From the NCBI GenBank assembly GCA_964246925.1, contig CAXTSH010000001.1, forward strand, positions 15,348 through 79,347: a stretch of DNA of 64,000 bases, given 5' to 3'. Shown here piece after piece: positions 35,080-42,155 of this stretch. The DNA is from an uncultured Acetobacteraceae bacterium (GTDB lineage Bacteria > Pseudomonadota > Alphaproteobacteria > Acetobacterales > Acetobacteraceae). Under the pieces are notes generated by a model, which was not told the DNA's origin, did no database searches, and saw nothing but the letters and a program-made list of their open reading frames with translations. The translations under genes were made by a program, and so were the position numbers. Numbering within the stretch: position 1 is the stretch's first letter; every line of letters starts with the position of its first letter.

Positions 35080-37731
35080 TCAAAACTTCGCTGCGACGTC
35101 GAACGTAATGTTCGCTGGCACGCCCGGAACCGCAGTCTTGAACGAGTTACCGCCGTAAACGCCGTAACCAAACGTCCCGATCTGCAGATACTCGTACTGG
35201 TAGTATTTGAGGTTGAACAGGTTCTGCACGTTGAGCGCGAACGTCACGTCCTTCAGATAGGCCCGGTGCACCGGCAGGTCGTAGGTCGCCAGCAGGTTGA
35301 AGGTCGTGTAGGCCGGCTGCTTGTAGCTGGTGTCGGTGTAGGTGTTGCCGGCCGTCACCACGTTCTGGTTGGAAGGAAAACCCGGGATGTCCTCGGTGAT
35401 GTACTGTTCGCCGACATAGTGCCCATAGGCCCGGACGTCGACATGGTCGTTCGGCAGGAACACGTGCGTGTGCTGGTATTCAAAGCCGAAATTGGCGAGC
35501 CACTCCGGCACGGTCGACAGCGGCGTGTCGCCATAGGCGAAACCGAACTGTCCGTCCTGAGGGGTCACCGCGGCGAGGTAGCATTCGCAACCTGGTGAGT
35601 AGGGCTCACCGGTCATCAGATACTTCGCCAGGTTATAGGAACCGGTGGCGAACACCGACCAATCGGGCGTGATGCGCCAGGAGCCGTTCAGCTCGACGCC
35701 CTTGAACTCCTCCGAGCCGGGATTGCCGTGAATCGACTGGCCGGTGGATGGATTTTCAAAGAAGCCGATCACCTGCTCGGCTTTTTCATAGTAATAATCG
35801 AGGTTGAGCAGCAGGTGCGTGGAGTCGTAGCGGATGCCGCCCTCGTAATCGTGCAGACTTTCGGGCGACGGCACGTCGAAGCCGATCAATTGACCGTTGG
35901 CGTTGACCGTCGGCGAATAGGTGGTCAAGGGCGCGAACAGATCGTAGCGGCCGTAATCGCCGTAGAGATTGATCTGTTTGGTGATGTCGTAGCTCGCGCC
36001 GAAATAGGGCAGGAAATCCTTATTGTAGTCGTTGGCACTGAAGCCGCCACCGGTGATCGTCGAGTAGGCGGCATCGAAGCTCGACACCGCGGTCTGCAGC
36101 GTCGCACCCGGCAGCAGGTGCAGCCGGTTGTGCAGGATGTCGATCTTGTCCTGGGCGTAGACGTCGAGGATGGTGCGATGCAGGCCGCCGGGATAGGTGC
36201 CCTGGATGCCACCGAGATCGCCGACGTCGTTGTAGCCGAACACTTCGGGAATGTTGGAGTTCTGGCCGCCGTAGATGTATTCGTTCTCGTCCTCGTCGGC
36301 GCGCGCGGCGAGACCGCCGATGGTGATCGTGTTGTACGGTAGAAAGATGCTGATCCTTGGCCGCAGGCCAAAGGTCTGGATGGTGTCGACGATCGCCGAG
36401 GTCGTCTGCCCGTTGATCGCGTAAGGGCCGGGACCAAACAGGCCGCCGGCGATCGCGAGCGCATCGTAGCCGGGCGGCCGCGCCTGCAGGCCGAACAAGG
36501 CGGCCGGGTTGTAGCTCAGATAGCCGTTCAATCGGGCTGCCTGCAGCGAACCGCTGGTCAGGATGTCGGCCTGGCTGAAGGGCGCACCGAAGAACGGATA
36601 AGGAAATGTGGGTGAGATCTCGTTGGGGTTGACGTACTCGACCTGGCTGTCGTCCTCGCGCTCGTAGAACAGCTTGGCCGAGACGATCAGGTGCGGGTTG
36701 ACGTAGGTCTCGTCGCCGACGTCGGCAAACAGAAAGTCGTTCTTGAGCTGGTTGTAGAACTCGTTCGGTGCGAAGTTCCAGTAGGTGCCGAACTCGTTCA
36801 GCAGGTCGGCCGGGACCGGATTGCGCGCGGTGGAATACGCGAATCCGGTGTTGTAGGTGACTGTCGCGGTGACGTGGGACAGTCCGCCATCGTAGGGCTT
36901 GTCGGCGTTGAACAGGAAGTTCCGGTAGCGGGCCGGCGTGTAGTCCTGGTAGCCGCCATTGTACGACTGGTCATAGTGCAGCAGGATACGAAGGCCGTCG
37001 ACGCCGCCGAGGGCACCGCTGTTGGCCTCGAATCCGCCATGCCAGAGATCGAAGGATCCGACACCGCCCTCGATCTCGAAGTTCTGGTCCGCCGTCGGCT
37101 TCTTGGTTTCGTAAGCGATCGTTCCGCCGAGCGCGTTGAAACCCTGGTTGTCCGGGGCCGCGATGCCGGGATAGATGTTGACCGACCCGATCTCGTCGTT
37201 GGTGATGAAGCTTCCCGCCTGCCCCGCCTGGCCGCCCGCGGTGCCGCCGTTGATCAGCGACTGGATCGGGATGTCGTCGAGGCTGGACGCGAGCTGGCTG
37301 TCCTCGACGCCGCGTATGGTGAGCTCGGGCGAGTTCTGCCCGATGCCCTGCTGGTAGGAATTTACCGAGGGCGCCTGGGTCAGCAGGCTCTGGATCGATC
37401 CAACGACACCGTTCTGCTGGATCTGTTTCGCGCCCAGCTCGGTGACCGCGGTCGGGATATCCTTCTCGCGCTGGATCAGTTGCTGGTAGATTTTGCGGAT
37501 ACGCTCCACCTGGATGGCGCCCGCCGTCGGCTCCAGATTGGAGTTGCTTGGCGTCTGCGCACTCTCCGGCGTTCCGTTTCCTGGACTGGTGGCGTTGGCC
37601 GGCCCGGTCTGGCCCGAGTTTGACGTCCGGGTCACTGCACCCGGCGAGGGTGTCTGCGGCGTCTGTGCGACGGCCGCGAGCGGCAAGCAGGCGATCAGCA
37701 TGCCTTGTCGGAACGAGCGCCGGAAAATCAT
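35080..37731 (-). CDS. TonB-dependent outer-membrane receptor (TBDR-1)
   Basis: Started at ATG 37731 (MIFRRSFRQGMLIACLPLAAVAQT). Plug-like PTAVTELGAKQIQQ...SPELTIRGV. Long beta-barrel. Terminal ...ITFDVAAKF (aromatic C-terminus). Confidence 0.85.
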   Translation of the reverse strand: MIFRRSFRQGMLIACLPLAAVAQTPQTPSPGAVTRTSNSGQTGPANATSPGNGTPESAQTPSNSNLEPTAGAIQVERIRKIYQQLIQREKDIPTAVTELGAKQIQQNGVVGSIQSLLTQAPSVNSYQQGIGQNSPELTIRGVEDSQLASSLDDIPIQSLINGGTAGGQAGQAGSFITNDEIGSVNIYPGIAAPDNQGFNALGGTIAYETKKPTADQNFEIEGGVGSFDLWHGGFEANSGALGGVDGLRILLHYDQSYNGGYQDYTPARYRNFLFNADKPYDGGLSHVTATVTYNTGFAYSTARNPVPADLLNEFGTYWNFAPNEFYNQLKNDFLFADVGDETYVNPHLIVSAKLFYEREDDSQVEYVNPNEISPTFPYPFFGAPFSQADILTSGSLQAARLNGYLSYNPAALFGLQARPPGYDALAIAGGLFGPGPYAINGQTTSAIVDTIQTFGLRPRISIFLPYNTITIGGLAARADEDENEYIYGGQNSNIPEVFGYNDVGDLGGIQGTYPGGLHRTILDVYAQDKIDILHNRLHLLPGATLQTAVSSFDAAYSTITGGGFSANDYNKDFLPYFGASYDITKQINLYGDYGRYDLFAPLTTYSPTVNANGQLIGFDVPSPESLHDYEGGIRYDSTHLLLNLDYYYEKAEQVIGFFENPSTGQSIHGNPGSEEFKGVELNGSWRITPDWSVFATGSYNLAKYLMTGEPYSPGCECYLAAVTPQDGQFGFAYGDTPLSTVPEWLANFGFEYQHTHVFLPNDHVDVRAYGHYVGEQYITEDIPGFPSNQNVVTAGNTYTDTSYKQPAYTTFNLLATYDLPVHRAYLKDVTFALNVQNLFNLKYYQYEYLQIGTFGYGVYGGNSFKTAVPGVPANITFDVAAKF

Positions 37732-37762
37732 GGTCGAGCCCTTCGCGCCAAAGCCTGCGGTG

Positions 37763-37803
37763 AGCAAGCAAGGTGCGTTCCGGCTGAACGGACCTTGCTT
37801 GCT
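37763..37803 (-). promoter_or_regulatory. 11-bp-stem hairpin AGCAAGCAAGG-N19-CCTTGCTTGCT between the lipoprotein gene and TBDR-1
   Basis: Read directly. It could be a terminator or attenuator, or a 5' UTR structure of TBDR-1. Confidence 0.35.
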
Positions 37804-37848
37804 TCCGGTCCACCCCCGTTGCACGCGAACGACACCGTACGGCGCCGT

Positions 37849-38094
37849 TTATTGCCGGCTGCAGACGGTTCCCTGCCCTTCGGAATGGCAATACAGCGGA
37901 CTGAACGCGTTGGCGCTGTTAGGCGGTGATTGCGGTTGATAGGTCTGCGGCCCGACGAACGGCCGCCCGGAAGGGTTGAGGTCGGTCGCCGCCCTTTGTT
38001 CCGCGCTCGGCGGCGCTGCCGAGCAAGCGGCAACGAGAAGGACGGCGACGAAGGCGATGCCGCTCCGCTTCAGGCGCGGGCTTAACGGAAGCAT
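37849..38094 (-). CDS. Small lipoprotein (81 aa), unknown function
   Basis: Lipobox LLVAAC. Pro/Gln-rich mature part ending with a Cys pair (YCHSEGQGTVC). Overlaps the upstream small gene by 13 nt. Confidence 0.5.
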   Translation of the reverse strand: MLPLSPRLKRSGIAFVAVLLVAACSAAPPSAEQRAATDLNPSGRPFVGPQTYQPQSPPNSANAFSPLYCHSEGQGTVCSRQ

Positions 38095-38402
38095 TTCTTT
38101 TGTCGGCCGAGCGCCACCAGGGTGTTGGCGCGCGTCGTCGCCTTGTTTGCGGCGATGTCGTCCAGTCGCTCCTGGATCGCCGGGTCGGCGGCACCCGGAT
38201 CGGGCCGCGCACTCTGGAGTTCGGACTTGTCCTCGTTTTTTTGCTTGATGATGGCGTTCTGGTGGTTAACGCCGTCGGCGATCTGCTGGCACGTCAAGGC
38301 GGCGTCTGCCGGCGAAGTTTGCGCACGACCAGCGCTCGACGCAGTCGCCGCCGCGAGCAGAATTGCCGAACCCAACGCGGCTCGCATCGATAAGCTGTTC
38401 AT
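38082..38402 (-). CDS. Small exported protein (106 aa) with two Cys, partner of the TBDR genes
   Basis: Signal peptide MRAALGSAILLAAATASSAGRAQT. The mature helical-looking part has Cys near both ends (LTCQQ...KKCFR). A decayed paralogue lies at 41758..42151. Confidence 0.55.
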   Translation of the reverse strand: MNSLSMRAALGSAILLAAATASSAGRAQTSPADAALTCQQIADGVNHQNAIIKQKNEDKSELQSARPDPGAADPAIQERLDDIAANKATTRANTLVALGRQKKCFR

Positions 38403-38484
38403 TCTCCATCTCCCTCACTTGACCGCCGATCATGATCGGCGGCCGCGCTGCCGTCTCGCCGCGGGCTGCGTGTTGCCGCCGCGA

Positions 38485-41358
38485 TCAGAAACGCGCGGTG
38501 ACGGTGAACGTCGCGGCGAACGGCTCTCCGGGCAACCCGTCCGCGAACAGGGGCGAGCACGAGTAGTTGTTTTTTGGATTTCCAGCATACCCTTTTGGAG
38601 CGCTGGCCGGGAAGGTGCCGCAAGACGAGGGCGAGATCTGCGTGTAAAAGTATTGGTAATAGAAATGGTTGAAAAGGTTCAGGATGTTGAGATCGAAATC
38701 CAGCTTCTTCACGAAGCTGCCAGTCAGATACTTCATAGGCATTGAGTAGTTCGCATCGAGATTGAAAATGAAGAAGTCTGGCAACTGGCTGTTGAGATTT
38801 GTGATCGTCGAGCCGGTCGAGAAGTTGTAATAGCCGTAGGTGCCGAACGGCGGCGCGCCGGGTAGGGGTCCGATGTTGCTGCCGAGGCCGCCTGGGCCGG
38901 CGGTGACGTCGGTGGTGGTGAATTGCTGTCCTGTGTACTGTCCCTCGAATCGGACGTGCAGTTCGTCATTGTCGAGGAACTGGCTTTTCTTGTCGTAGTC
39001 GACGCCGAAGGTCGAGATCCAGTTCGGAATGCCGGAAATCGGCGTGCCCCTGATTGCTAGTCCGAACTGATCTTGCTGGATGGTGACGTTGGACAACGAT
39101 GTCGCGAGATATTGCGCGCGGATGTGCGAACCGTTGAGGAACAGCTGCCAGCTCGGGTCGATCTGCCACGCGGCGGTCAGCTCCTGACCCTGGAACTGGC
39201 GGATGCCATCGTTGGTGTAAATTTCCTCGCCGGTCTGCGGACCGGACTGAAAGGTGAAGAAGCCGAAGTCGCGATCGACCTTCTGATAGTAGTAATCAGC
39301 ACTCAGCAGGAACTTCGAGGTGTCGTAGCGCACGCCGCCCTCGTAGAGATGGACAATCGACGGCGCCGGCGGCGTGCTGACGATGGCCGGACCGAAATCG
39401 CCGACGGGCGCGAACAGCGCCGACTCGCCGTAGCTGCCGTAGAACGACGTTCCTTTGGCGGCCGGCAGTATCCTGTCGAGGTCATAGGTCACGTTGAGGA
39501 ATGGCAGCCATTCCTTGTCGAACCGCGAATCCTTGTAAGACCCGATCGAACAGGGTGAGGCCGCGGGCGGCGTCTGCGCGGCGAGGGCCGCCGCCTGCTG
39601 ACAGTAGGGGGTCGCCAGAGTGGCGGCCGAGGGCGTGCCGCCGAACACCTGAGAGCTCGTATCGCCGGTCGACGTCGACTCGAACGTGAAACCGGGCGTG
39701 ACATGCAGGGTGTTGCGGAGCGTGTCGATCTTGTCCTGTGCAAACCCCTGGTAGATTGTCCGGTACTGACCGCCATCATAGCTGCTGAGGCCGTCCGACG
39801 GACCCGTGTTCACGATCAGGTTTGCCGGCGATGGGGTGACCTGTGACAGTCCTCCGTTGTAGGTCGGACTGTAGGCCTCGGTTTCTTTCGCGATCAGCGC
39901 GCCGAAGATAATCGTGTTCCGAAAGCCACCGATGTCGGGCGGGGTCAGAGTGACACGCGGCTGGAGACCGTAGGTGTCGGTATGGGCGACCGTCAATTGC
40001 GAGTTGTAGCCGCAGGGCGACGCCTGACCAGCCGCTGCGAAGGCGTTCGAGACCGACAGCGGGCATCCGGCAGAGCCGGGCGGGTATGCCAAATTGCCGT
40101 TATAGGTGTAGGCTGGCGGCGAGTAGAACGGGCCAAACGGAAGATAGGAACCCTGCTCGCCGAACGAGGCCGGGTTCTGGTTGAAAGGGTTGGCGCCGTC
40201 GACGGCCGCCGAGCCCGGGCCGCCGCTCGGCGCAAAGACGGTTGGATTGGAGTAGGATTGAGTCTGCGTATCGGACGGCAGGTAGAAGAGCGAACCGCCG
40301 ACGGTCAGGTATGGATTGATGTAGGTTCGGTCCTTGAAGAAGATCGAGAGGTAATCGTTCTGCTGGCTGGAAAAACTCACGCCGGGCGAGTAGTTGCTGA
40401 AATGGCCGTTCTGCAGGAGATACGGCAACGGGATCGGCTCGGGGGTGAACAAACCGTTGGCCGTATTGTAGAGCACGGTCGCCTGAACCTTCGACAGACC
40501 GTCGTCGTAGGGCTTGTCGGCGGCGAATTCCATGTTGTTGTAGTGTGCGGCGGTGTAGTCGATGAAACCCTGGGTGGACAGGTTGGAGTATTTCAGCAGG
40601 AAGCTCGGCGCGTCGTAGCCGGTGCCAAGCGGCCCGTCGAGCAGTCCCGAGTTCAGGGTGAAACCTTCCTGGTAGGTGCCGAACGACCCAACCGATCCTG
40701 TCACGTCAACGAATCGATCGGGCGACGGCCGCAGCGAGTCATACGCGATCGTGCCGCCGATGGTGCCGAAGGTATTCTTGTCCGGATAGGCGACGCCGGG
40801 ATAAATCGATACGCCGCTGATCTGGTCGAGATTGAAGCGGCCACCGAGGATGCTGGCCAGGTAAGTACCCGATCCTCCGTTGAGGAGATCCTGCATGGGG
40901 ATGTCGTCAAGCGTCTGCGCGGTCTCCAGGCCACGGGTGCCACGCAACGAGATCACCGGCTCGTTGTTGCCGATGCCCTGCTGGTAGACGTAGACCGATG
41001 GCGCCTGACGAAGCAGCGTGGCGACACTGCCCTGCACGCCGACCTGAGCGATCTGCCTGGCGCCAAGCTCGGTGACCGCACTCGGTGAATTCTTCTCGCG
41101 CAGAAGAAGCCGCTTGTACTCGGCTCTCACCTTCTGAACCTCGATAGTCTGCTCACTGTTCGGGGCCTGCCCAACCGGTGCGGTGTTAGCCGCGTTGGAA
41201 TTTGGAAAGGTCGGCTCGCTCGGATTGCTCGGCCCCGAGTTACCGAGTGATCCCGCGGCAGGTACGCCGCTCTGCGCCCATGCCCCGGACGCGGCGAACA
41301 GGCCGGACAGGGCGGACGCGAACAGCAGTCGTCGCCGGAATGATTGGCTCATTGGCAT
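38485..41358 (-). CDS. TonB-dependent outer-membrane receptor (TBDR-2)
   Basis: 957 aa. Signal peptide LLFASALSGLFAASGAWAQ. Plug-like PSAVTELGARQIAQ...EPVISLRG. Terminal ...TFTVTARF. Confidence 0.85.
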   Translation of the reverse strand: MPMSQSFRRRLLFASALSGLFAASGAWAQSGVPAAGSLGNSGPSNPSEPTFPNSNAANTAPVGQAPNSEQTIEVQKVRAEYKRLLLREKNSPSAVTELGARQIAQVGVQGSVATLLRQAPSVYVYQQGIGNNEPVISLRGTRGLETAQTLDDIPMQDLLNGGSGTYLASILGGRFNLDQISGVSIYPGVAYPDKNTFGTIGGTIAYDSLRPSPDRFVDVTGSVGSFGTYQEGFTLNSGLLDGPLGTGYDAPSFLLKYSNLSTQGFIDYTAAHYNNMEFAADKPYDDGLSKVQATVLYNTANGLFTPEPIPLPYLLQNGHFSNYSPGVSFSSQQNDYLSIFFKDRTYINPYLTVGGSLFYLPSDTQTQSYSNPTVFAPSGGPGSAAVDGANPFNQNPASFGEQGSYLPFGPFYSPPAYTYNGNLAYPPGSAGCPLSVSNAFAAAGQASPCGYNSQLTVAHTDTYGLQPRVTLTPPDIGGFRNTIIFGALIAKETEAYSPTYNGGLSQVTPSPANLIVNTGPSDGLSSYDGGQYRTIYQGFAQDKIDTLRNTLHVTPGFTFESTSTGDTSSQVFGGTPSAATLATPYCQQAAALAAQTPPAASPCSIGSYKDSRFDKEWLPFLNVTYDLDRILPAAKGTSFYGSYGESALFAPVGDFGPAIVSTPPAPSIVHLYEGGVRYDTSKFLLSADYYYQKVDRDFGFFTFQSGPQTGEEIYTNDGIRQFQGQELTAAWQIDPSWQLFLNGSHIRAQYLATSLSNVTIQQDQFGLAIRGTPISGIPNWISTFGVDYDKKSQFLDNDELHVRFEGQYTGQQFTTTDVTAGPGGLGSNIGPLPGAPPFGTYGYYNFSTGSTITNLNSQLPDFFIFNLDANYSMPMKYLTGSFVKKLDFDLNILNLFNHFYYQYFYTQISPSSCGTFPASAPKGYAGNPKNNYSCSPLFADGLPGEPFAATFTVTARF

Positions 41359-41429
41359 GGCGGCTCCGTGGCGGCTTGCGGACAGCCTCTTTCAATTTTT
41401 GGTCCAGAGACACGACGGAGTCGGCGGAC

Positions 41430-41446
41430 TGAAAAGATCCTTTTCA
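41430..41446. promoter_or_regulatory. Inverted repeat TGAAAAG-atc-CTTTTCA about 70-90 nt upstream of TBDR-2
   Basis: Read directly. It is A/T-rich in a GC-rich genome, so it is a candidate operator. No regulator is assigned. Confidence 0.3.
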
Positions 41447-41476
41447 ATCTGTGTCATTTCTGCTGCGCGGCCCGCA

Positions 41477-41560
41477 TCAGAATCGAGCGGTGATGGTGAT
41501 GGTTGTCGCAAACGGTTCGCCCGGCTGCCCGTCGGCGAAAAAGGGGCGAGCACCCGGCTG
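41477..41560 (-). pseudogene. Orphan 3'-terminal fragment of a TBDR gene (last ~25 codons plus stop)
   Basis: The reverse strand reads GCSPLFADGQPGEPFATTITITARF*. TBDR-2 ends with SCSPLFADGLPGEPFAATFTVTARF*. No upstream barrel-coding sequence remains. Confidence 0.7.
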
Positions 41561-41757
41561 CTGGTCAGACGTCACCCTGCGGCTAAAACGCGCAACTGCT
41601 GCAAACCCGCACCGACACCTACGGCATTCAGCCGCGTGTCACGTTGAGCCGCCGCAGAAATGCGCACACGGTAGGTGCCTTGTTTCAGTCTCGACAACAA
41701 GCTGGTGTGACCACCATCGGTTGCGGAGCACGCCTTCGCGGGACAGGAAACCGGGCG

Positions 41758-42151
41758 TTACTTGAAGCATTTTTCGGCGGCCAAAATCGATCAGGGCGTT
41801 CGCTCGGGCCACGGCGCTTGTGCCGACATCGTCGGCTTCCCGTTGCGACGCGATTCTAGGAGCCGGGCGCCTGTGCGCCCGATGCGGAAGCGGCGTTCCC
41901 GAGATCGGGTATCTGGGAGCCACGTGCCGGCGAAAGCAGGGCGGTCTGTCCACCTTGCCGGGCATGATCGCTCGCGCGCTCGATGATGACGTTCTGATCG
42001 ATGACCTCGCTGACGGTCTACGAACAGGTCAGCGCCGCGTCACCCGGATTGGTCGATGACGCAACGGAGGATGCAGCCTGCTGGTGTCTTAAACGAGAAC
42101 GGCCAGCAGGCTCAGGCGAATGGCACGGACCCTACGACCCGGCCCACGCAT
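41758..42151 (-). pseudogene. Decayed paralogue of the small exported gene 38082..38402
   Basis: ATG 42151 gives MRGPGRRVRAIRLSLLAVLV then TAA. Shifted frames read ...NPGDAALTCS-TAG-TVSEVIDQNVIIER... (intact copy: SPADAALTCQQIADGVNHQNAIIKQ) and ...TSAVARANALIDFGRRK, then A5 and CFK-TAA (intact copy: TTRANTLVALGRQKKCFR-TAA). At least one nonsense codon and several frameshifts. Confidence 0.7.
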
Positions 42152-42155
42152 CCAG

